Shown piece by piece: positions 53,081 to 64,000 of a DNA stretch of 64,000 nucleotides (position 1 is its first letter; each line of letters opens with the position of its first letter). Both the position numbers and the translations under genes were made by a program. The notes beneath the pieces were generated by a model, which searched no databases, had not been told where the DNA came from, and saw only the letters and a list, made by a program, of their open reading frames with translations. Source of the stretch: Octopus vulgaris (lineage: Eukaryota); the NCBI GenBank assembly GCA_951406725.2, contig OX597835.1, positions 50,282,001-50,346,000 of the forward strand, in the 5' to 3' direction.

Positions 53081-53739
53081 AAATGTCATGTCAGTGTCTC
53101 TGCGGTAGTTGATACTCTCAGCACAATTCCCAAATTACTACCTAAGAGGCTGAAGAATACTGGAACTGTCAAGCTGCAAAGTGCCACCTTATCAGTAGTC
53201 TGTAAGAATCCTGTGATTCTTGAGATTTGACGAGACTCATCACCAAACCACTGGATAATTAAACTAATTAAATTAACTGAATCTGTAATAATACAATGAA
53301 TATACTATAATCTAATGATCTATATACTATAATGAAGAGAGCTTCTTATTAATTAGTTTGGGATAATTTTTATTAAAAAAATGTCTACACTATCTTGAAA
53401 ATTCTTGAAAATTCCCAAGTTAATGTATCAAAATGTGGTTTTACTATTGAAAATTTCAACTACAAAAAACTAATTTTAATTCACTGCAGGATAGAAGAAT
53501 TTTTCAACACTGCAACATAACATTCTCTCTGTCCATCTATCTGTTTCTCTCTCTCACACACACAGATGCCATGAAGCTACTTTCAACAGATAAATCAGTA
53601 AAATATTTCTCCAAATTCTAAGTTTAATCTAGTGTCAGCCAAATTATGTTGTTTCTAGAATCTTTTCGTATTTGTTGGGTGTTTCAGAAGAAGAAAAGTG
53701 ATTTTAATTCATCTAAAGTCAATTGAAGCAAAATAAACT

Positions 53740-53773
<34 letters not shown>

Positions 53774-54322
53774 CCCAGATGCAATACCTAGTAGTGGCTT
53801 TCATGGCTACTGGTCTTAACTGATTGGAAGTGTTATCATGTATGTTTTGTTTTGGTATAAAAGATGGGCTACAGCAAATATTCTGCTCAATATTTCAGAT
53901 TTGCTTGTCAGTTGCTTGACCTTAACCAGTTGAGCATGTCCCTTAGTGGCTGACAATATGTGCATCTCTGATAATGAGTAGGAGTAGTGGGGAGCATCAT
54001 AGTCATGTGTTGAGAGGGGTTTCTTGAGGCTTGAATAATTCACCCCAGGAAACACAGGTGCCTCATTCATCATTCTTAAACAACCCTTATTTTGAGCAGA
54101 ACAAGCCACTTGACCTCATAAATTTTAACTGGGCCACACCTGCAAGGGTATGTGCTGTTTATCTTGATATGAGATCACCATGTCATGCATATATGGTTGT
54201 GATGCATGTGCTTGGTGTACCCTTATCAGACGGGTAGTCATGGTGGGTATGTTGGACTTTGTATATTTAGTACCCCACTGTCACTTTGATGGTATGCACT
54301 GCTCTCTCACTCAATAATAATA
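53740..54322. mobile_element. Interspersed repeat bounded by (AAT)n; partial copy at about 49950-50100
   Basis: Shared block agcaaatattctgctcaata...ttgcttgtcagttg...catgtcccttagtggctgacaat. Confidence 0.65.
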
Positions 54323-57300
54323 ATGGTTTCAAATTTTGGTACAAAGCCAGCATGTTTAGAGGAAAGGAGTGCTCAACTGGTAGTTATTTCATCAACCCCA
54401 AAATGGTAAAAAGCAAAGTCAGTCCCAACAGAATTTGAACTCAGAACATAAGGATCTAAAAGAAGCTGTATTTTGTGTGATATGTTAAATTAATTGTATA
54501 CAGTGCTCAAATGTACTACAACTTGTTAGAAAAGAGTAAAAGAGGGGACAAGAAGCAGAAATACGACAAGTAAAGGAAGACAGCAATGAAAGCCAAAAGT
54601 AGTTGTACACTACACAGAATACAACACACACCATTGTCAAGAACATCTTTGTATATGCAAGCCTGCTCTGGGAAACAAACCTGTCACATTATTTACAAGT
54701 TTTAAGCATAGTGCTTCAGTGAGAACACTGAAATAAATAGATGTTTTGGTAATTTGAATTGTGCCAAGTTTGATTGCATCTTTTATCCATCTTAAGATTG
54801 ACTAAATATACACCAGCCAACTACTAGAATATGGAATGTTAATCTCTGTGGTAAATGGTGCATAAAGTTTGTGAATCACTCTTTGAATATTCAATCAGAT
54901 ATTTGTTTGGTACAACTCTGATAAATAGAGATATTTTATTCTGAACAATAATGTTTTCTTTCTTCATTTACTTTTGTATTTTTATTTTTGTTATTTCTTA
55001 GTTCTGTCAATCAACTTCACCAAAATAGAGATGTTTTTTGTGATGTTAAAATACAGCAACAAATCCAGATAAGCCAATGTGGAGTCATTACACATCAGCT
55101 CAAACTACTAGAAATATCAGCCAAATCTCCTCCAAATTACTCCACACTGTCTTAAAAAGGAAAGGACATACTGGATAATGTGGTTCAAGCTCATAATGGC
55201 TGGATTGATTCTGATCATAGCTCTGTTCAGTCAGGATTGACCTTGGGCTAAACAACACCAAGCAGATTTTGCTCTATTGACACAGTATAGATATCCTAAA
55301 AGTCCACATATCGCATTTTGCTACGTATAACATGCATCATGACACCGGGGCTTAAATTCTTTTCACAAACTTATAATTATCCTTTCTACTATATGCACAA
55401 TGCCTGAAATTTTGGGGAGGGAGGCTAAGATGATTACATTAATCTTGGTGTACAACTGGTGCTTCTTTTATCGACCCAGAAAGGATGAAAGGCAAAGACA
55501 ATCTTGGTAGAATTTGAAATCAGAACTTAGACGCAGACAAAATGCTTAGCAGCATTTTGTCTGGCATGCTAACAATTGCTCCAGCTTGTCAAGAATACTA
55601 TGTATAACATGTCATGTTATACATTTACTACAAGGGGAGATTCTTCAGTTGTTTGCTGTAATAAACAACTGAAGAAAGCCACCAAGGAGATAGGCACATG
55701 CCCATCACTAAGGGGGTGCACTGGATGGCACTACCCCCTCCCTGTTAAATGATGCACCCTCACATTTACAGGAACACACTTATTTCAAATCTCCACTGTA
55801 GCATTGTTACAAATTAGTTCCCTCCCAGAATATTCCGAAGCTCCCCCAGACACCTTGCCTGGATAGATATGCCAGCTGAAACCTGTTCGAGAGACTGTGG
55901 TTGACAAGAGAGCACAGTCCTCACTACCCAACTCAGGGACAGCTTACAATTAAACAGTGAAATGCTTGTGACTCTGATGATATGGAAGGGTTTCCAACTT
56001 TCTGATAGTTTAGTCATCATCAGAAGAGCAGCTTCTGCTGTTTCTGCGATGGATAAAGCTTCTCTGAAGTTAATTACTTTTTAAATTTTATTGTTAGGTG
56101 CAGGTGTGGATGCACGGTAAGAAGCTTGCTTCTCATCCGCATGGTTCAGTCCCACTGTGTGGCACCTTGAGCAAGTGTCTTTTACTATAGCCTCAGGCCA
56201 AACAGAGCTTTGTGAGGAGATTTGATAAACAGAAGCTGAAAGAAGCTCATCATATACATATACATGTATATATCTTCTTGTGTATGCTTATGTCTATTTT
56301 TGTCCTCCACCACTACCACTTGATAACTGGTATTGGTGTGTTAACATCCTCATAACTTGGTGGTTCAGCAAAAGAGACTAATACAATAAGTTCTAGGCTT
56401 AAAAAAAGTTCTGGAGCTGATTTGTTTAACCAAAACCCTTCAAGACAAAGTCAAACAACTGAAACATGTAAAAGATAAATAATTGAAATAAGAGATTTTG
56501 ATTACATTTTGTTGTCATTACTTTTCTAAATAAAAGTAAATGGGAGAAAACTTTACACCATTATTGTATATGTACTCCTAATCTTAATCTTGATTTTGGT
56601 GAGAAAGTGCATATTGTAGATGGAGTTAACCTTAAGTCGTCAGATTATTCTCTCAAATATAATGCTTATCTACTTTTGTATTAATCATGCTTCACCTCAT
56701 AGCTGTGAGACTTTGATGAATTGATTGTTTCTTTTTACATAGACATTTTAGGGTCGATGGTTTGAACATTACAACATGTAGAATATTTTGGTTGGATATG
56801 GCTGGTTTAAATGCTAAAAGGTGAAGTCAATAAGAGATGAGAGAAATAGCTTGAAGTTTGGTAGTTTGTGTCCGTGCCAGTCGTTTTCACCTGTCCCTCT
56901 CTCAGCATTGGGTTTCTTGGATTACATTATCCAATGTGCCATTCTTTTTTCAAGACAGGTAGTGTGTAATTTGAAGGAGATTTGGTTACTGTTTCTAGCA
57001 GGTTCAGCAGCCATATAGAGGCTCTATCGTTAGATCAATTGCCCTTTATTTGTTTTTGTTCAGCTCTAAGATAAGCCATGATTGGGAAGACCTATGAACA
57101 AAGACATTCCAGTTGTGGCCATCCTGTCTTGTTATCTACTTATTCTCTTTATCATAGTGGTGATATGGAACGTACCATTATGTAATGTACCCTTCACATT
57201 TGTGAGAGATTTAACTTCAGGCAGAGCCTTTCTTTTTTCTTTCTTTTTTTGTTGCTGGCAGACTTTTTCTCATTGGCTTAGACCCCTTAAGTAGGTTCTG

Positions 57301-57761
57301 AGGATCAAATGGTTCCAAAATTGACAAGGAATTCTTAGATATTTTTCGCACCCTAATGTTAAAAAGTATATCAAACAGAAATTGTTTTAGATAGAGAATT
57401 TATCCATTGAAAACCAAAGTTTAAAAACTGGTGAATTTTTCTTACGACCTGCTGTTCCACTGCACCCACTTTGAGAAAAACACACAAGGAAAAGTTTGAC
57501 ACAGACTTCAAAGGTTCACCAATGCTTTGCCTCATCAGACTATGAATTCTGTAGTTGTAGGAACAGTTATATGCTTGGGTTCATTACTACTTTATAAACT
57601 ACCTTTACCTGGCATGGCTTATACCCAAAGTGTACAACTGCAAAACTTTGAAACCCTAAATCTCCTTAGCAAGTATCTTCTGTTACAGCCCCAGGCTGAC
57701 CAAAGCCTTGTGAGTGGATTTGGTTGATGGAAACTGAAAGAAGTCCATCACACATATGTGA

Positions 57762-57802
<41 letters not shown>

Positions 57803-58044
57803 CATGAATGTGTGTGTGTGTGTTTGTGCCTCTTTACCTTGACATCTTTTGATGGGTGTCACCATTATGCAAGTAGTGTTCTTTGTTTCCAGTCTATCCT
57901 GAAAGCTTGCCTGACAATGAGAAATATTACCTTATTTGGAAAGAGAGGGTTGGCAGCAAGAAGGGCAACGGGCTGTAGAAAATATGCCTCAACAAATTCT
58001 GTCCAACCTATGAGGGCATGGAAAAGTGGATGTTAAAATAATGA

Positions 58045-58095
<51 letters not shown>

Positions 58096-58179
58096 CACAT
58101 GTATAATACAATCCAATAAGAAGACAAAGAAAGATTGCAGCACGTCTTTAATGACCAGTTTTGGTACCATTCAGACAAA

Positions 58180-58282
58180 AGTCTGATGAAGTCCTGCTCT
58201 AGTGTTTAAAATTGCAAATATTATGTAACTTTTCCCATGCAAGGCTATTGAAAACAGAGTTGATTTGGAAACAGTTGTAACT
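58180..58282 (+). ncRNA. Type I hammerhead-like motif with long helix II, in an inverted Penelope-like fragment
   Basis: agt-CTGATGA-agtc..gctct..tgttt...aaac.agagt.gatt-GAAAC-agtt-GTA-act. Core nucleotides are intact. Confidence 0.55.
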
Positions 58283-59037
58283 AGTCATTAAAGATGCTCT
58301 ATACACTTTCTTTATTGTATTTGGATTATATTTTACTCTTCACATTGGATTTACTGATCTGACATCTGGATTTTTCTACACCAACAGAATTTCGATCTTC
58401 TTTGAGATTCCCATTCAAGAGTTTAGATAACCTCAAGCTCAGACTGAGTGCTGCATTGAAAATGCCCCATCTTTTTACTCTTCCTGGACCTTAATCTATG
58501 TATATATACAAATGTATGTACATACAGACACACATTTCATATACACCATATCCAACATAGTAAGACATCTCCTCTTCAGTCAATGTTTAAGATAACAAAT
58601 ACTTTGCAGTGTTTAGTTACAGAACTTTACATTCTGAGTTCAAATCCTGCCAAAGTCATGTTTATGTTTCATCCCTCTTCAGGCAATAAAATAAAATACC
58701 AGTGAAGAGTGGAGTTGATTTTGTAGGATTTGAACTCCAAATGTAATGTGCTGTACCCAACCCTGAAATGGGTGGCCTCGTGGTCGTGGCTGTGTGGTAA
58801 GAAGTTTCCCATCCACATACTTCCAGATTCAGTCCCATTGTGTGGTACCTTGGGCAAGTGTTTTCCACTATAGCCTTGGGCTGACCAAAGCCTTGTGAGT
58901 GGATTTAGTAGAGAGGAAACTGAACAAAGCCCGTTGCACATGTGTGTATGTGTTTGTGTGTGTGCATGTGTGCGCATATATATTTATAGAACTATCTGTC
59001 AGTCTGTCTGTCTATCTATCTATCTATATATATCTAC

Positions 59038-59071
<34 letters not shown>

Positions 59072-59169
59072 GTTTATATAAATAAGGATAAGATCATTAT
59101 TTAAAATACCAATCATATCAGGTGGCCAGTATGGGAATAAAAACCTTATAGGTAATAATTATTATTAAA

Positions 59170-59403
59170 ATTATAATTAAGGGTATCTAAGAGATACTAC
59201 CATGCTAGATATAGCAGCCAAAACTTGACACTAGAACCACATTAAATGCTCACTCAGATAACAGTGGCTTGTTGAAGAAATGAACCCCATGAGTTGGAGT
59301 ATTTACTACAATGAGTATCACTTGTCATTTAACCATTTAATGTGTCAAGTTTTGGCTGCTATATCTAGCTTGGTGGTATCTCTTAGATACCCTTAATTAT
59401 AAT
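59170..59403. repeat. 62-bp inverted repeat pair (59170-59231 and 59342-59403)
   Basis: attataattaagggtatctaagagatac...gcagccaaaacttgacac and its reverse complement, with two mismatches. A related single copy lies at about 47760-47890. Confidence 0.9.
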
Positions 59404-59717
59404 CATATATATATATATATACATACACATATGTCTATATGTGCGTGTGTCTTTGTGTCTGTGTTTGTCTTCCACCACCACTTGACAACTGGTGTCAGTT
59501 TGTTTATGTCCCTGTAACTCACCAGTTCAGCAAAAGAGACTGATAGAATATGTACTGGGCTTAAAACAAAACAAAAGAAGAAATAAAACAAGTAATGGGG
59601 GTCGATTCATTTTACTAAAAATTCTTCAAGGTGATGTCCTAGCATGGTCGCAGTCTAATGATTGAAACCAGTAAAGGATAAAACATAAAAGATGATATCA
59701 ATATTATATTAATGTGT

Positions 59718-59940
59718 AAGGCGCCAAGCTGGCAGAATTGTTAACATGCCAGGTAAAATGCTTAGTGGCATTTCGTCTGTCTTTACATTAGGAGTTCAAA
59801 TTCTGCCAGAGTCAACTTTGCCTTTCATCATTTCGGAGTTGATAAAATAAGTACCAGTTACGCACTTGGGGAAGGCGATCTAATCGATTACCTTCTGCCC
59901 CAAAACTGCTGGCCTTGTGCCAAAACTTGAAACCAATATT
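59718..59940 (+). mobile_element. Family A SINE immediately upstream of the 43-bp exon acceptor
   Basis: Full head-to-tail match to the other family A copies. Confidence 0.8.
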
Positions 59941-59975
59941 AATGTTTTTTTTTAAATTTTCTTTCTTTACTTTAG

Positions 59976-60018
59976 TATGAATTTGGATTACCTGTTGAAG
60001 TAAAAGGTGGATGTGTGG
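59976..60018 (+). CDS. VPS13: VPS13-family gene, 43-bp internal coding exon (probably coding exon 3)
   Basis: Polypyrimidine tract plus tttag acceptor, gtgagt donor. Reads YEFGLPVEVKGGCV(G), the LP-x-x-VK-x-G-x-(I/V)G motif of chorein-N. Phase 0 to 1, compatible with both neighbouring exons. Confidence 0.92.
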
Positions 60019-60713
60019 GTGAGTATTATAAATTATTTGTTATATCATTATTGTGCAGGTGAGTATTATATAATATGTTACGATATAATCAAGAAGAAAT
60101 CAGTTGGAGAAGGATGGATTCTGCCAGGTTTAAAATTCCTCAAGAAATGCTGTATGTTATGACCAAGTCCCTGTAGCTTCAACAAAAGTTGGGGCCCAAA
60201 GCAAAGCCATAATTATTGTTTATTCAAAGTAAATGTTAGATTTGAAAGATTCACACAAAGTCAAAGGAACAGCAAAGAAGAGAAAGGAAAAGGGAAAGAA
60301 AAAGGTGGGGAGGGGACAAAGGAGCAGAAGACGAAGGGAGAGGGGATGATATCCCAGAACAAGTGGGGTGTTCAGCTGTACCCCACAGTAATGACTGTGA
60401 TGGTATAAGAGAAATATACAGAGAATAAGAAAATAGTTAAGAAATATATAAATATGTTCTTTTATTATCGCTGCCAATTCAATTCAATATTGTCAGATGT
60501 TAAAAACTAACCTCTTTCATCTCTCTTTTTTCCCTCCATTCCTCTCTCTGTCTCCCTGGTTTTGTCTCTCTCTCTTTCTTTCTCTATCTTCCCTCTTCTA
60601 CCTTTGTGTATGTTTATGTATATGTATGTATGAATGCATGCATACATACATACATACATACATACATACATACATACATACATGGGTATATACATACATA
60701 TGTATGTATGTAC

Positions 60714-61050
60714 ATGATGATGGCTGCCCCCCTTGTTATCGAGTATGGCCATTGCACGAAGCTTAACTGTTACTGGTGCTGTGATCGAATGTGACCTTTT
60801 AGCCCAGCTAAAGATCTACAATGTCTTGTACAAAATTGGCAACTAAAACCTTTACTGGTAATAGCCGGCTGTAGTTGTAACTGGGCTTCATGTACCTTTG
60901 CAAGTTGTTTAAGTCCTCCTGCCGAATTACACTCTCTTCCACATGCCCGACAGATATGATTATTATGGTATGTTACACCACCACCAATGGCCAGGTTGAC
61001 ATTCATCTGTCTCGTTTTATGACTACAAAGATGACTCTTGAGTCCAGCTT

Positions 61051-61054
<4 letters not shown>
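60714..61054 (-). mobile_element. 3' end of a second RTE-type LINE encoding tandem C-terminal C2H2 zinc fingers
   Basis: AGLKSHLCSH...CRACGRECNSAGGLKQLAKVH...CQFCTRHCRSLAGLKGHIRSQH*, then a short UTR ggccatactcg...ggcagcc and a (ATC)n tail. Embedded in microsatellites, with no splice context. Confidence 0.7.
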
Positions 61055-61116
<62 letters not shown>

Positions 61117-61439
61117 GTGTTAAATTAAGAAAGGTGACGTGAAATTTCTATAAATAACGATGATAAGCAATTTTAAGCTTATAAGCATTCACCCTGTATT
61201 GGCTATGGAAAATAGTCTAATATCAGGGCAAATAAGCGTTTGGTGGGGAAAAACCCCAGTTATTAGTATGTGTGGGAATCAAGATACACATATGTCTCTG
61301 TCTCAAAATTTCTTTGCTTTGGTTTTCAGATAGTTTTCTTTTTTCTCTCAACAACATGGTTCCCCTGCCATCTTGTTTGTCATTAAATCAATGAAGATAA
61401 TCAGGATGGCAGTCATCACGATGATGAATACAACTAGCA

Positions 61440-61720
61440 TCACCATCATTACTCATCATCTCCATAACCACGACCACCACCACCATCTTAAGTCTTAACC
61501 ATCATCACTTTTATCATTACTACCAATCATGATTGTCATCACTGCCACTGCTACTACTACCATCATTGTCATCATTATTATTACTCATTACTACCACCAC
61601 CACTACCACCACCACCACCAACACTACCATCCTCTTAATCACTACCACCATGACCACCAGCATCATCATCACTACTACCACCACCACCACCACCACTACT
61701 CACCATCTCCACCACTATCA
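61440..61720. repeat. (CAC/CAT/CTA)n degenerate trinucleotide repeat
   Basis: Directly visible. Explains the poly-His and poly-Thr ORFs. Confidence 0.95.
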
Positions 61721-61940
61721 TTTAACATTGTTTTTGTTAAGTCTCCATTCCATATACCATTTGTCACCAACTGTCGAAGTCTCATCTATTACACCCAACA
61801 ATTGTCACCCATATTTCCCCACCACCCCATGAATACCTTTTAATACCTTTTTATACTCTAATTGTACTTCATCAATAATTGAATATTTACTGTTGATTCA
61901 CTTCTTTAATTTTCTGTTCCTTGGTTTCTTTGTCTTCCAG

Positions 61941-62132
61941 GAAAAATCAACTTGAGCATTCCTTGGACCAAACTATTCTCTTCTAGCTGGATCGTTACAA
62001 TTGAGGATCTCTATGTTCTTGCTGGACCTGTTATTGATCGTCCTTATGACCCAGTCAAAGAGAAATTGCATGAAAATGCAGCCAAACGTAAAATATTGGA
62101 TGCATTTGAAAAATCCGCCATGAAAAATGTTG
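61941..62132 (+). CDS. VPS13: VPS13-family gene, 192-bp internal coding exon
   Basis: Acceptor tgtcttccag, donor gtaagt. Reads (G)KINLSIPWTKLFSSSWIVTIEDLYVLAGPVIDRPYDPVKEKLHENAAKRKILDAFEKSAMKNV, with the IPW...IEDLY...P...YD...EK motif of the VPS13 N-terminus. The paralogue cannot be assigned by eye. Confidence 0.93.
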
Positions 62133-63599
62133 GTAAGTGGCTGATAACTGTTTCCTGTTTTTAATGGTTCAGTCTTTCGATTGTGACACCCTCCTGTGGC
62201 ACCACTTTCGAAAGATTTGAGCTGATTTTACTAATCCTAGAGTTTAGTCAAGTTCTTTGTTTTTGTTTATTTATATTTATTGAATGGTTTAGTCTACCTG
62301 TGGTATAAAGGCATGTAACTTAATACTCAATTATCACAAAGTACTTTAAATTCATGCAAGCCCCTGAGTTAGACTGGCTGTTCCAGCTCATCTCCCTTGC
62401 CATCCTCCAGGACAATGCTTTTTCCATTTTGTCTGCTGTACATTCCACTCCTTAATTTAAAGTTTCCCCGTATAAATTGTCCTGTTAAATTCTCATTTCT
62501 GATATATCTCTTCTCATTAATTTATTCTAGCTTTGTTTGTAATTATCAGTTCAATTATTGTTCTTGAATGCCTTTGTCAATGGCTTGAAAAGTATACACA
62601 ATCATATATGTGGCAGGTTTCTTTACAGTTTCCATCTGTCGAGTATCACTCACAAGGCATTAGCCATCCTGTATATGTGTGTGCGTGTGTGCGCACACTC
62701 ACACAGTGAAGCCATGTGGCTTAGTGGTCAGGATATTTCAGCCCAATGATCATAAAGAAATGATTTCAATCCCTGGTGGTGTGTTGTGTCCTTGAGCAAG
62801 ACATTTTATTTCATGTTGTTCCAGTCTCCACTCGGCTGGCAAAAATGAGTTGCAGCTGTGATTCAAAAGGGGCCAACCTTGTCATGTTTTGTGTCATGCT
62901 GAATCTCCTTGAGAACCACGTTAAGGGTACACATGTCTGTGGAGTGCTCAGCTGCTTGTTCATTAATTTCATGATCAGGTTTATTATATTGATCAGACTG
63001 ACTGGAATATTCATTGTCATAACTGACAAGTGCCACTTTTTTTTTTTCATCTTCCAGATTTTATTCATAAGGTAATCAGTTAACCTCTGGGAATTATAAA
63101 GGACATTTGTCTGATGTGCCATGCAATAGGATTGAACTCAGAACCACCCAACTATGCCTGCACCTTTGTTCAATTAGATTTCACTGAAAGCTAAAGCAAC
63201 TAGACATCAACAAACTCTCCTGTCTGTATTAAAAGAGCAATAAATCATTAAATTGAAAGCATTTAGAAACAGAACTTCAATTCATTTTAAGGAGCTGTAT
63301 ATGGTCACCACATCTGCTAGAAATAGCAGCTAAAAGTCCCTTGTATTATGCATCAAAATTTTAAATAAGCAAAGTACATATTAGACAATGTAGTCCTATA
63401 TATCCATAAAAGATGGGATGGGCACAGCTGGAATGCTTCTGATTATAAGTTTGCCTGAAAAGTGTAGTAGAAGACACTAGACCAGAGGACTACTCTGTAG
63501 GATTGGTTCTAGAATCACATGATTGTGAAGTTTACCTCTTAACCACACAGCTATTCAAATCAAAAGATTTGGGAAAACTCTTTGCTCCCTATGGATTAT

Positions 63600-63960
63600 A
63601 ATCCATTATGACTTTGCTCCAATGTTCTTGATTTTGGGCAGAAGCGGGTTGGGGTCAGCTTTGCTGCTCCCTTGTGGATTTTGCTGCTTAATTAAAGCCT
63701 TCCTCCCACCAAGTTTTATTAGTTTTAAACTGTCTTTGATGCTTCTATAACTTGGTTTTTTTCGAGGTGTTGAGGTGTTGGCTCTACACAAACCTCTGAG
63801 AAGAGGTGATCCTTATTAGTACGGCCTCTATATTTTGACCTGTTCAGTTTGGGAGACCCTACTAGGAATGTGTACTCCACTGGAATAGCTTTCAGGGATA
63901 TTGAGACACGCAGAAGCCAACACATCACAACAAGCACTGGACCTTGTGATAGGTCTTAGT
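63600..63960 (-). mobile_element. Possible decayed RTE 5' UTR fragment
   Basis: Minus strand gtctcaatatccctgaaagctattccag...gtagggtctccc...acaggtcaaa..tagaggcc..actaa resembles RTE leader sequences. Recognised from memory only. Confidence 0.35.
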
Positions 63961-64000
63961 GTCTTACTATAGATTCATTCAAAACCCATGGCCTAAGGTA

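Overview
AT-rich, repeat-saturated animal DNA. The SINE and LINE families resemble those of octopus, so this is probably a coleoid cephalopod (inferred from repeat appearance only). The only host gene I can support is a VPS13-family (chorein-N) lipid-transfer gene on the + strand, seen as three small in-frame coding exons: 50589-50632 (44 bp), 59976-60018 (43 bp) and 61941-62132 (192 bp). I could not find its first coding exon, so most of the window is probably one intron of more than 50 kb. That intron holds three copies of one RTE-clade LINE whose RT contains an inserted C4HC3 (PHD-like) finger. The youngest RTE copy is interrupted by a nearly intact CR1-group LINE. Also present are R4/Dong and Tx1-like LINE remnants, Tc1/mariner, hAT-Buster and Helitron elements, several MITEs, dozens of tRNA-type SINEs and many microsatellites. 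The most notable signals are five minimal type-I hammerhead ribozyme motifs in Penelope-like fragments, the PHD-in-RT architecture, a variable-copy hairpin array in the RTE 3' UTR, long inverted repeats able to form dsRNA, and a duplicated splice donor beside the 43-bp exon. Most short ORFs in the supplied track are repeat-derived noise.
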